In this document: positions 50,913 through 64,000 of the stretch, piece by piece
How the letters are laid out: every line of letters starts with the position of its first letter
Numbering within the stretch: the first letter of the stretch is position 1
Assembly: GCA_051362555.1 (NCBI GenBank)
Contig: CM120643.1
Location: 26,912,848 to 26,976,847, forward strand
DNA length: 64,000 nucleotides
From: Lingula anatina
Lineage: Eukaryota; Animalia; Brachiopoda
Direction: 5' to 3'
Program-made: the position numbers and the translations under genes
Notes under the pieces: generated by a model
Database searches by the model: none
Told to the model about the DNA's origin: nothing
The model's input: only the letters and a program-made list of their open reading frames with translations

Positions 50913-53868
50913 AATTGTGCGTATGTGTTTTAATCTTCATACATGGGAGACCTAGGGTTTGACTCTGGGGGTGATGGGGGGGGGTCATGAGACGAAATTA
51001 TTAGAGGGGGACAATTTTTTTGAAGTATACAGGGGACATAGCTCGAACAATTGTGATTATTATTATATTTTTGGGGGGTGGGGGGGTGGGGTCGGGGAGT
51101 ACAGTGCACCTTCGAAACTTTGGGTGGAGGGGTGTGACCCACTGTTCCTACCACCCTGTACCGTTATTGTTTATGTTGCTTTGCTGTGTTTTCTCGAGAT
51201 AGGTTTTAAAGTTATGCGGGTACACTTGAGATGTCATTGTCGTTTAACCGTATGATAAAAAAAAATAATAATAATCTTTTAGTAGTTTTGTAAGTTGCGA
51301 CCACCGCAAAGCAAATCGCAAACACTTAATCCGCTCACCTACCCGTTCGGCACGTTTCGTTTGTGCCGGAGATTGCCGAGAGTGCATATATCCCTTATTG
51401 AAAATATTTTACATGCTGGTGTCATTGTTTCTAGATTTGCATAATTTTTCTCATTTATTTCAATTTCTGGAATAACTGTATCCACTTCTGGCTCATATGC
51501 AACTAATATATAAAAGATATAGTATAAATGTGATAACAAAACTGAATTGAATTTTTTTTAAATCGACAACAGAAAATTTTATGGAATTTCTATTTCCCCT
51601 TGAATATGATTGCATAGGAAGGAATTAACTCTGAAGTATACACGAAAAATCAAAAATCTGTATACCTGAAGGCAGCTTTGTACATGAAAGAGATCTATAA
51701 TTTATCAACATCCTTTACAAAATATAGTCTGTGACTTCCCTCACCCCGACATAGATTGACTGGGTCTTTAGAATTAATTGCCTAGTAGTGCGTGCGTGTG
51801 TGTGCGTGTGTGTGTGCGTGTGTGTGCGCGCGCGAGCTCGCACATCTCTCTTTTTTGTCATCGTCTAGCCTATGTGTATCTCACTATACGAATACTTTCT
51901 TCCACACCTTATGTGTGGAGACGTGTTTGTTTTTTCAAGTGTTGGTTTCTTTTCACGTTTCAAACAACAAATAAATACTTCCGTTTTGACATGTAAGTGT
52001 TGTACATGTATTGATAAGTACCAAAGAAAACATAGGCAAAAAAGAAATGTTAAAGACACATTGGACCATATCGCCGGTAAATGCCCCACAGAGGACAGCA
52101 AGAAAAGCGATTTGCAGAAACTAGGGAGACAAGTAAACAGTTCAGGCAGGAAGAGAAAACCGAATATTTATTCATCCCATTATTTCCGTTTGCTGATCAC
52201 CTCCTTAAGCGTCTTGACTTGTAAAGGGAGGGGGGGGGGGGGGTCAGGGCCCAGCAGTTCGTTCAACGTTTTGATAAGTGTTAGCTTTATGAGCATAATG
52301 CCCATTGTTCAAAGTCAACTTAGGATCTTGGGGTCTGCACGTTTTGATCTTATTCGTGTTTAGTAAAGTGGAAATATGAAATAAAGTTAAACGTTTTTTT
52401 TACTACCACCGTTTCTTGACAGTCCCGCTTCGACTGTCTCAGTTTTCCATTAGTCTATAGACCAAACCCTTTTATCATCATCGCTAATTTTATCAAATCC
52501 TATTTAGAAATAGACCTAAAGCAACAATTCTAAAATAACATTTCCTATCCTCTTTTTTTTTTTTTTTTTTTTTTTTGAAGCAGTACCCCAATATTCCACA
52601 GACAGTAGAGATTGGTCCTATTTGCTAACGAAACATTCAAGGGCAAAAACAGGTTACTGTCAAGAGTGCAAATACAGTTAAAAATAATCTTGTTCGCGAA
52701 AGGTGTTGTGTTTTCTTGTTACGCATGGAAGGGTGCCCATATTTGAAGCTTATACAGGGGTATAACAGGGATAATGCGTGTTTTTATGCTCGTAGATTAA
52801 CCTTGAACTTATGTGTGCACACACTGAAGGCAACATCGCTGTCAACAGCGTTAACATACATGTACCGTAGTTTAAAATGCATGAGCTAACATGTATGAGT
52901 ATAACCTAATTTCTTCCGAAGAATCAAGGCAGTTTGAATGCGCCCGTGCTTGTGTATGTGTGTGTTTGTGTGTGTAATTGTGACTGTGTGTGCGTGTATT
53001 AAGTAAAGAGAGGGGGTCAACTCCCACATTTTTCGACCGTGCCGATCAAAAGCACAGAAGCAAGGCGGGCGAGCTGAATGGTGGAATCCTCACACGGACC
53101 CGCCGTAATTTTTTTTCAGAAAGAGTATAGGGCCGCTCCCACTTAGCTACTAGTATGTTCCCTAGACTTGTGATATAGAGGTAGCACTTTTAGGGATTTA
53201 CATTGCATGTGAAGTTAATGCAACTTTTTGGTGCTAATTACATGTATGTTTTTATTTTTATTTATTTTAAACTAGAAACATGCGCAAGTGCGGTTTTGAC
53301 ATTTCACAAGAAACAGGTTTGTGATTTTTTCTCACAGCTAAGCAAATACTGGACAGAACTGTTTTTCTTCATTCGCATTTTCTTTTATTTATTTGATACC
53401 AAATTGTCCTTTAACGGCAAGTCATCATGATGTCAAGGGGGCGGGTGAGTTTGGGATGGGCAGTTGTAATAGAAAAAATTTGTTTTGTTTAGATCAGAGT
53501 GAAGGAGCAAGACCTGTTCTAACTTTCTACCCAGATACAGCTTAATCTACCCTGAGAGTCAGGGCACTGCAAAGCTAGCTTGCTCACTATACCTTTCTAT
53601 GTGTTAGCTTTACTGATGTGGGTTATATATGAAATCAAGATCGAGCTGGCAATACTGCAATCTAGAACCCAGGATAGGCTAGTCTTGCAACAAGGAAATT
53701 TATTCTTGGTGAAAGAAATCAACTAAACACTACTTTTAGATGCACCAATAGAGTATTATAAAGTATGCTGAAAATTATATTGTAAGTACCAGTATACATA
53801 TCTCTATGAATACACGAACAACTTATGTATTATTAAAATTTTATTTCAGTCTCAAGAAACACACAGCC

Positions 53869-56800
53869 ATGTGCATAAAAACGATGTTAATGACATTTTC
53901 CCTGGGGTTTTGTCTCTTACACTTAGGGAATCTTGCCAAAGCGCAATCAACAACAGGTAACAAATGTATTTCTTTGGCATGTGTCGTCGGGTATTTGTGT
54001 GCGTGCAAGAAGGTGGTTCAGGCGATTGTGTGTGTGTGTGTGCGTATGTACAAATTGATCAAACATGATGACTTATCTTACGACTGTGTGCTTCGAAAGC
54101 GCCGTAAAATAATGCGGTATACATCGGATTATTAGATGAGGAAAGATGGAAATTAAATAAGTGGCATTGTATAATTGACTCATAACTGAGCGTTTTCTAA
54201 AGTTTTCCTGGGGGTCGGGGTGGGAGAAACAGGGAAGCCATAGGGATACGTTTGCTTTGCTCGACAGTTTTACTTTGATATGTAGTAGTAGGACACAGGG
54301 ATGGAAACTCCTGTTTCGGGGGAGAAGGGGGCACCTTAGGGGCACTGCGGGGGGAGGGGGGGGCGTTGTGCCTCCTGGTCCCGTTATTACACGGGCACAT
54401 ACATATGCACCGTTTACCTTTGTGACGGCACAATTTGTCGCCGGTACAAATTGTCGTCCTTGTAGGTGGCGACAAACTGTGTAGGCATTGTCAGCACAAT
54501 TTTTCGCCCTGCACAAATTGTCGCCAGCTACAATAATGTATACAATAACTTGTGTGCGTACATACAAATGAAGGGTTTGTTAGCAAAAGTAAATAAATCC
54601 AGTCCGACAAGTGACCCACTTGAATGAATGTCCCACCCTGCTGCTTTAGCACTAGTTAATCACTGTTAAATAAATTTATTAATGTTCGTGCAACTTGTCT
54701 AAGGACGACAATCTGTGCCGGCGACAATTTGTGCCGTCACATACGTTGTTTGCAGCGAATTAATCTCGGCATTTGAGAAAACATGACAAATGTTATAGAA
54801 CGATGCTTAAATATAAAGATAATTTTTGATTGTATATAATTACATTATGATCATAATCGGTCTTATTGAAGCCATTCGGAATGAGAACTGCTGAGTGCTA
54901 GCTAGGCCAAGCCTTAATATGGCGGAACTGCATGAAAGGAAGTCCGCTTAGTTAATCCTGTAATGGTCTCTCCGCCTCTCACAAAGGCGCCCCGTGCGTC
55001 GTCCCTGCAAGGGCACAGTAATTAAATCTTGGCTCAATTCAACCGGCCAAGGGACGAGCAGGGTGATCATCCTCCCTTCCATTATCTTCGTTGTAATTGA
55101 GGTAGCACAAATACAGTGCTGTCTACTAACGTCATCACAGGTGAATCTGGTGACACCATCGTAGAAACTATTTCATCCATTGCAGAAATATCTACATACA
55201 TAACTACAGAAAGTACTTCAGCTACTACAGGTGAATCAACACACTCCACTACAGAACCTACAACAACTACGAGAGATGATTCAACGTACTCGACAACAGA
55301 ACCTACTGCAACTGCTACAGATAGATCAACATACTCCACTACAGAATATAATACAACCAATACAGATGGGTCAACATACCTAGGTACAGATCCAATTACA
55401 ACAACTACAGATGGATCAACATACTCCACTACAAAACCTACGACAACTACTACAGATAATTCAACTTACTCTACTACAGAACCTACTGCAGCTGCTAGAG
55501 ACAGATCATCATACTCCACTGCAGAACCTACTACAACTACTACAGATGAATCAACAAACTCCACTATAGAACAAACTACAACAACTACAGAAGGATCAAC
55601 ATACTCCACTACAGATCCTACAACATTTACCACAGATGAATCAACATACTCCACTACAGAACAAACTACAACAATTACAGTAGGATCAACATACACCACT
55701 ACAGATCCTACAACAACTACCACAGATGAATCAACATACTCCACCACAGAACCTCCTACAACTACCACAGATGAATCAACATACTCCACCACAGATCCTT
55801 CTACAACTACCACAGATGAATCAACATACTCCACTACAGAACAAACTACAACAACTACAGAAGGATCAACATACTCCACTAAAGAACCTACAACAACTAC
55901 CACAGATGAATCAACATACTCCACCACAGAACCTACAACAACTACCACAGATGAATCAACATACTCCACTACAGAACCTACAACAACTACCACAGATGAA
56001 TCAACGTACTCCATCACAGAACCTACAACAACTACCACAGATGAATCAACATACTCCACTACAGAACCTACAACAACTACCACAGATAAATCAACATACT
56101 CCACTATAGAACAAACTACAACAACTACAGAAGGATCAACATACTCCACTACAGAACCTACAACAACTACCACAGATGAATCAACATACTCCACCACAGA
56201 TCCTACTACAACTACCACAGAAAAATCAACATACTCCACTACAGAACAAACTACAACAACTACAGAAGGATCAACATACTCCACTACAAATCCTACAACA
56301 TCTACCACAGATGAATCAACATACTCCACTTCAGATCCTACAACATCTACCACAGATGAATCAACATACTCCACTACAGAACTAACTACAACAACTACCA
56401 CAGATGAATCAACATACTTCACTATAGAACCTACAACAACTACCACAGATGAATCAACATACTCCACCACAGATCCTACAACATCTACCACAGATAAATC
56501 AACGTACTCCACCAGAGATCCTACAACAACTACCACAGATGAATCAACATACTCCACTTCAGATCCTACAATATCTACCACAGATGAATCAACATACTCC
56601 ATTTCAGATCCTACAACATATACCACAGATGAATCAACATACTCCACTACAGAACAAACTACAATAACTACAGAAGGATCAACATACTCCACTACAGATC
56701 CTACAACTAGCACAGATGAATCAACATACTCCACTTCAGATCCTACAACAACTACCACAGATGGGTCAACATACTCCACTACAGAACTAACTACAACTAC

Positions 56801-59800
56801 TACAGATGAATCGACATACTCCACTACAGAACCTCCTACAACTACCACAGATGAATCAACATACTCCACCACAGATCCTACTACAACTACCACAGAAAAA
56901 TCAACATACTCCACTACAGAACAAACTACAACAACTACAGAAGGATCAACATACTCCACTACAAATCCTACAACATCTACCACAGATGAATCAACATACT
57001 CCACTTCAGATCCTACAACATCTACCACAGATGAATCAACATACTCCACTACAGAACTAACTACAACAACTACCACAGATGAATCAACATACTTCACTAT
57101 AGAACCTACAACAACTACCACAGATGAATCAACATACTCCACCACAGATCCTACAACATCTACCACAGATAAATCAACGTACTCCACCACAGATCCTACA
57201 ACAACTACCACAGATGAATCAACATACTCCACTTCAGATCCTACAATATCTACCACAGATGAATCAACATACTCCATTTCAGATCCTACAACATATACCA
57301 CAGATGAATCAACATACTCCACTACAGAACAAACTACAATAACTACAGAAGGATCAACATACTCCACTACAGATCCTACAACTAGCACAGATGAATCAAC
57401 ATACTCCACTTCAGATCCTACAACAACTACCACAGATGGGTCAACATACTCCACTACAGAACTAACTACAACTACTACAGATGAATCGACATACTCCACT
57501 ACAGAACCTCCTACAACTACCACAGATGAATCAACATACTCCACTATAGAACCTACAACAACTACCACAGATGAATCAACATACTCCACTACAGAACCTA
57601 CAACAAGTACCACAGATGAATCAACATACTCCACTACAGAACAAACTACAACAACTACAGAAGAATCAACATACTCCACTACAGATCCTACAACATCTAC
57701 CACAGATAAATCAACATACTCCACTTCAGATCCTACAACAACTACCACGGATGAATCAACATACTCCACTACAGAACAAACTACAACAACTACCACAGAT
57801 GAATCAACATACTCCACTACAGAACAAACTACAACAACTACAGAAGAATCAACATACTCCACTACAGATCCTACAACTACCACAGATGAATCAACATACT
57901 CCACTACAGATCCTACAATATCTACCACAGATGAATCAACATACTCCACTACAGATAATACAACAACTACCACAGATGAATCAACATACTCCACTACAGA
58001 TCCTACAACTTCTACCACAGTTGAATCAACATACTCCACTACAGAACAAACTACAACAACTACAGAAGAATCAACATACTCCACTACAGATCCTACAACT
58101 ACCACAGATGAAACAACATACTTCACTACAGATCCTACAACATCTACCACAGATGAATCAACATACTCCACTACAGATCCTACAACTTCTACCACAGTTG
58201 AATCAACATACTCCACTACAGATCCTACAACTTCTACCACAGTTAAATCAACATACTCCACTACAGAACCAATTACAACAACTACAGATGGAACAACATA
58301 CTCCACTACAGAAACAACTACAACTACTACAGATGAATCGACAAACCCCACTACAGGACCAACTACAACTACTACAGATGGATCAACGTACTTCACTACA
58401 GAACCAATTACAACAACTACAGATGGATCAACGTACTACACTACAGAACCGAATACAAACATTACAGGTGGGTTTACATACACTTCTACATAAACTACTT
58501 TGTATTTCTGCTGGACCAAATACCACTATAAAAGATGTTTTACTTGAACATGAAAAAATCTTGGATTGGAACATTTAGATTGCTATATATGGTATTTTTC
58601 CTTAGGTTTTGCATGCCGTGAAGGTTTTACCGACTATATGTATGTAGCGTCCATGTGGAGAAAGGGACAAACAGGAGTGGATATATCTTCTGGTTCCGTT
58701 TGCGTCATGATTCAAGCCAACCCCATGTCATGGGCCGAGGCAGTGGAAGGTTGTCGCTCCCACTCCAGCAATATGTTTACACTGTCCGATTTGACTTCGT
58801 CACTTCCATATTCTTCTTATACAGATTTTTCCGCGTTGATTCAGACTTTACATGACAGTAAGTTGTCTAATTGCACAATCAACTTCCAATATAACATTGT
58901 ATTATAATCGAAGTGTATTTGTTAAAAAATAAAGTAATACTGCAAGGGTTAATGGTCATCCAGATACCGCAAATGAGATTTTTAATGATATCTAAATCTT
59001 CAACAATTTTTCTTTGATTTTTTTCTACTCATGCATCGTTACTCTAGTTTACCATGGAACGGAGCGAATCGCAATAAGTTTAGAATTCCACGTGTTTCTG
59101 GCTTCTCAAGAAAAAAAAAAAAGATATCTGGTTCATTTATTTAAATATTGCTTTGGGACATTTAAACGCGCATAAAATATCTGTGACGAAACTGCAATAT
59201 CCTGTTTCAGACATGTTGCAATTTTAAACTTGATTTAACTCGTATATCCGCATGTAACTTTAAAACAAGCTGCAGATTAAAAGGGGCGATATCTGTCCAG
59301 TTAGTTTTAATGAATGATAAGTTCAATTCAATTTCTCACTGCCAGGTATGTCTTCAAAATATTGGACCAGCATGAGGTTAAGTCAAGCCATCCAGAAATT
59401 TATCTGGGAAGGTGTATATCCTCACCCCGTTAACTACAGGTAAAGCATACAGGACCTGTTACACTAAAACCATTTGGCCCAGTAACTGTATACACTTTGT
59501 ATGCTTTGGCATAATAGTGAGCCCCACAACTGTAGTAATACCGCCTTGGAAATAACATTTACTATTCTTGAGTTATCATGTGTGCGTAGGTAGATCACAG
59601 CTATAACCAGCATAAAATGTTTTTTTTATATATATTCTTAAATTTCACAAGTGATCAGAGCTTTTGGCAGTGGACGGACAATCAGCCTCTCCCGCTCCAT
59701 GGTAACTGCGTTGCTGCCACAAACATCTCCATATACGGTCGTGTTAACCTCACCACCGAACCATGTGACAGCAGACTGCCCTCTGTTTGTACCCACACCC

Positions 59801-62800
59801 CCATCACACCGGAACTGAGTACAGGTGAGCATAATGCGAATTATCCATTGGCGAATATGGGGGGCAATGGCTCAGCTAGGTGCCTCCGTCAGCTCCTGGG
59901 ATATCCACTTTTGCATTTTTACGAAAGGGAGAGCGAGGCTATTTTTCAAGCGATGTGTTTCTAGATATGGGAATTTAATGCCGGCTTGTTTAGTTCATAG
60001 TTAAATCTTTGACGATATCGTCCACGATAAAATTGGTTTTATTTTCATATAGTTGTGAATCATTGAATCATTATCCGTCATACAGGTACATATCCATATG
60101 TATTGTTCTCGTCTTTTAAGTCGTCCGAGAAATTGGTGTCTAAGCACTTTAATTTTTACATATATATTTATTACATATATAACACAGCTTTATCAAATAA
60201 CTTTTTTAAACCGCTTATTTTTTTAGTTTCGAAATGCCCTGAAGGTTGGCAAGGATCAGCGGAACTAGACAAATGTTTTAAATTTAATAAGGAACCGGCG
60301 TCTTACAACAATGCCAAGTCGCACTGTTCCTCTGTGGGAGGAAGACTGTATATTCCGCCCTCCTCTTCCTTCATGAGAGCGTTTGCTATTCGTGGATTTG
60401 TTTTCATGGGAGGTGAGGACTTGAGTGATCCGTTTGAAAGGTTTGATAGTAGAACACTTAACCATTCGCGGTGCCATTTCGTCCATTTCCCTTTGAGTTT
60501 TTCCCTTTTTTAAATTTAGTTATAATAACACATTTTACTTATTCTGTTTTGATAATGTTATTTGTTTTAGTATTAAGTTGATACAAGAGCGCTGTAGCTA
60601 TGTTTGAAAAGTGAAACGAACAAATGAACACTTTGTTTTAAAGGGCACCATGCTTTTAAAACTGCACAATTGTAAGGCAAGCATTGTATTTCCAGTGGAA
60701 TACGCCAGGGTGGGTGTTACCTGTCACATAAAGATGTCCTTGTGCATGTTAGAAGATGGACAGGTCGTCCCACTGCATCAATTACGGTCTCTGATTGGAG
60801 GGTCTATCCTGCCCGATCAGTTCGGATCTACCGTAGAAGGATCTGGCGGCAATTCTATCCCCAATCCTCTCATGCAAGATGAAACCTGCTTGGGCTTCGA
60901 TCAGAGTGCAATTTTTGGTCGAATTCTGTACGCATCTACAAACTGCAGTGAATATTTGCCGTTTATATGCGAATTTGATTTGGCTGTTATTGGTATGCAC
61001 TTTGAATGCATTCTGCAATATGTTAATATGTTAATTTGCAGTGGTTATAGAATAGTCTATAAATGTATTTCACGTATACCTTTAAGAGCCCATAAAAAAC
61101 GCAGACCTCTACCAATGCAGATCAGTTCCTTTTATTAATCAACTTATCTATATAATCAATGGATCACCACAGGATTATAATCGTTTCTCAAGAGGCCCAC
61201 TCTTGGCAGTTTTTAGAAAAATTATCAAAATCTGTCCTCGCATAATATTGCTAACAGACGGAGGAGGTAATAATTAATAGGTAAATACACAGTATACAAA
61301 CTGGTGAAGAACTGAACGCTCCAAAAAGTGAATGATAAGGTTTACCTATATTATGAAGAAATTTTGAAGATAAGCTTTATTATAAGCAAAAACTTATCTT
61401 GAAACATATTCTCTTTTTAGAATCAGACGTGGATATCTCAGACCCCATCTTTGATGAATCCTCTGAAACCCTCACGTACTCAGTCTCAAATTACGACCCA
61501 AACACCTTCGTGACGTTTGTGAAAGACGGGTTACAAAACCTTCACCGCACTCTGGTTCCAGCGAATTTGACAGTTACCTACCCCTTACAGGTACCACCAA
61601 CGCAATCGAAAGGCGAAAGGCAAGGGTACTACTCTATTGAGGTTTGGGGAAAGAAGCCATACAGACAGTATAGCTCTGGACTATATCTTCTAAGATATAT
61701 CGGTGGGTAACTTTTTCGTAATGCACATTATTTATTGCAGGAAATGACGACAGCATAATTGTAGCGTCCAATATCTTAACAAACGCATAGATACTGAGAT
61801 ACTTATATAAGGTTAATTTTTTTTTATATTTTACTAGTTTATAAAAATTAGCATTTAGAATAAAATGCACTTAGTAAGTATGTTACACATATACAGATCT
61901 AAGTGTTTATTTTATATAGCTGTGAACATCATGTGAAAAAAACCATATATAGCACGTATTTTTAGAAAATTATATTAGCTTTATATGATAAGGTATATCG
62001 GTACAGCAAAAAATAAAAATAACTAAATTAAAAAAAAAGCTTTCTGTAAAATGGTTTGTTTGATGCCTGCAAGTCTGAGATATTTATATAACCGATTCCG
62101 TTTGATTTCATAATTCAGACATATTCACGTTTACCGGTACCATGAAATCACGCTATCTCGCGTCATCCCCGAAGGACTACACAGAACCGTCCCTGTATGC
62201 CGGAGGAGTGGAACATCAGCCGGGTGTTCAACAAACGCCCTTTGGTCAGATCTCGGACGCCGTGAGGGGACTAGGAAATGAGATTTCTAGGATTTCCAAC
62301 GAATTTTCCGTTGAGATGGTGTTTACAAATGTGTGGTAAGCATCACGATGGAGCACACAAGTATTGTTTTTCTTCTTATTATTTATTGCAACTAAATACG
62401 GCTGGACAGCGCCACATTATCAAAATATTCCTTCACACATTTTTGTTTCCAAAGGTACGCAAAGACTGGCGGACTTCTGGTAGATTTCCGAGCATATGTA
62501 CATCACGCTCAGCGTCGAAAGCGACGTAGTGACGTCATTGCCAACAAAACGATGGAAGACGTTCAGGGGGATTTGAATAAAGAACTTAGAGGGGCTATGC
62601 AGAGTTTCGGTTTTATACCATCTTCTCTTCAATTACAGGTCCAAGCATGGGAAGAAGGTTAGTCAAATATAACCTTGCCTTCGTATACAATAAAAACTTC
62701 TTTAATATTTTTGGGTATGTTTTTCAAATTTGTATTCATATCTGGTGGTTGCATTTGGATAGGTGCCGATATCTAAGGAATAAAGTTGAATTGAAGAAAT

Positions 62801-62953
62801 TTAAGATGCATTTTTACTTATCTTTTTAGACTTATTTTTTACGCGTTTAACATTTTGTGAATTAACATTCACATACGTTTAGCAACACGTGAAATCAAAT
62901 TTCCAAGCAAATCTGATGTGATATAATCTTCATTACATCACTCGTGCAACAGA

Positions 62954-62984
<31 letters not shown>

Positions 62985-63794
62985 GTAATTTCATCACCAG
63001 CTGAGCTCACGATTTCCCTGAAGTTATTAATATCTAACATTTTTGTCTTTTGTTTCAGCAGGAAAACCGTCGCCAGCCCCAGGTAAGGTTTTGGGTAACT
63101 TATAACAGTACCTGATTGATGAATTTAATGTGATATTGTGATGATTCATGGTTTACCATCATCATATACCCAATATATAATAAATAATAGGATACAAAAC
63201 CTTATATGGGAAAATGATTCAAAATGAAGATTGTTCACCACAATAACTACACAATCTCTGAAAGATAATAACTGCTTAAACATTGTCATGATTTGATATG
63301 GTTACACTTTTAGTTTATAGATATCTGGATAGATGAATGTTCATATACCTGATATTATCATTTTACCATCCTCCCTCGTATATGAATTTGCTTAAGCAAC
63401 TATACAATTAGCCTTCTCCAGTTGTCCAGAAGACATGCAACGGCACACAGAGTCCAACACGTCACGAGTCACGTGGCCTACTCCGGAAGTGACAGATAAT
63501 TCAGGGAACATTACTATCGAAGGGGACTATGAACCGGGTATCTTATTTGTCCTACTAGTAAAACTCCACTTTGCTCAATTTAAATGCAGCGTCGTTTCGC
63601 CAAATGTTTCAAATATATTGCCAACTGTCTGAAACAGTAAAACAATTAACCTGTATCAGCATCGATATGTTCTGAATGTTTTTCAGGCGATGTGTTTCCC
63701 GTTGGAAAAACTGTTGTCACGTATACTGCCATAGACACAGCAAGAAATGAAGCCACTTGCAACTTCACCGTAGAAGTGAAGAAAATAAAGAAAG
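53869..63794 (+). CDS. Large mucin / C-type lectin x2 / Ig-like / SEA-like / HYR cell-surface protein (3' partial; possibly adhesion GPCR ectodomain)
   Basis: Exons 53869-53956 (signal peptide MCIKTMLMTFSLGFCLLHLGNLAKAQ), 55141-58467 (mucin), 58606-58857, 59346-59439, 59652-59824 (CTLD1: MSWAEAVEGC..YWTSM..GNCVA..EPCDSRLPSVC), 60227-60412, 60696-60992 (CTLD2: CPEGW..KCFKF..NCSEYLPFICE), 61421-61702 (Ig-like), 62119-62335, 62455-62657 (SEA-like), 63059-63082, 63412-63537, 63687-63794 (HYR: CPED..VTWPTPEVTDNSG..FPVGKTVVTYTAID..ATCNFTVEV). All phases compatible; about 1790 codons in window. Confidence 0.82.
54421..54741. mobile_element. MITE with 41-bp TIRs in gene 4 intron
   Basis: tgtgacggcacaatttgtcgccggtacaaattgtcgtcctt versus inverted aaggacgacaatctgtgccggcgacaatttgtgccgtcaca. 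Confidence 0.8.
55141..58467 (+). CDS. Giant mucin-like exon (~1109 codons) of gene 4
   Basis: TACTAAC branch-point match then CAG acceptor at 55138-55140 (alternative in-phase acceptor at 55116); donor GTGGGT at 58468; Thr/Ser-rich open frame. Confidence 0.85.
55225..58460 (+). repeat. Coding minisatellite, 45-bp unit (TTDESTYSTTEPTTT), roughly 70 copies, with a 675-bp higher-order duplication
   Basis: Unit acagatgaatcaacatactccactacagaacctacaacaactacc; variant order near 56160-56835 recurs at +675 bp. Confidence 0.95.
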
Positions 63795-64000
63795 GTACTG
63801 GCATGCAGAATGGCTTTTACACCCCTTGTATCTAATGCACTCAAGTGTATGTAAGCATTGGTTGCCTAAAATCACAGAACAATTGTTTCGGTACTTTTTA
63901 TTTTTAAGAACATAATATGCAGTAATGTCATTAACTATTTTTGTCATTTCATCTGACTTTTAGGTTATGGGAATTGAAAAAAATTCGTATTAATATATAT

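Noticed and set aside
55466-58396. 976-aa Val-rich antisense ORF and Gln/Pro-rich alternative-frame ORFs
   Set aside because: By-products of a stop-free 45-bp repeat. The Thr/Ser frame is the one with splice sites in phase with the signal-peptide and lectin exons.
63422-63537. Acceptor ttctccag at 63421 for the first HYR exon
   Set aside because: Gives phase 2, incompatible with the upstream phase-1 donor. The acceptor at 63411 gives in-frame AFSSCPED.

Overview
AT-rich, intron-containing invertebrate (metazoan) genomic DNA, plausibly lophotrochozoan/molluscan (taxon is inference only). Splicing GT-AG exons by hand gives four + strand genes. Three are tandem paralogous type-I membrane receptors: signal peptide, EMI domain ending in CCxGW, one Nimrod-type (NIM) EGF, a variable number of calcium-binding EGF exons (5, 1 and 13), a TM helix, and a cytoplasmic tail with YxN and paired YxxL/I/M motifs. 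Across paralogues the EMI tips are divergent, the NIM/cbEGF/tail segments contain homogenised tracts, and each tail keeps a different set of tyrosines. This looks like a rapidly diversifying Draper/Nimrod-like innate receptor cluster. The fourth gene runs off the window end and encodes signal peptide, a ~1100-aa Thr/Ser mucin stalk, two C-type lectin-like domains, an Ig-like domain, a SEA-like domain with a furin site, and HYR; it may be an adhesion GPCR ectodomain. Introns and intergenic DNA hold many non-autonomous DNA transposons, including a triple nest (Helentron-type HINE > Tc1 > TTAA-flanked element). Most short ORFs in the supplied track are spurious.
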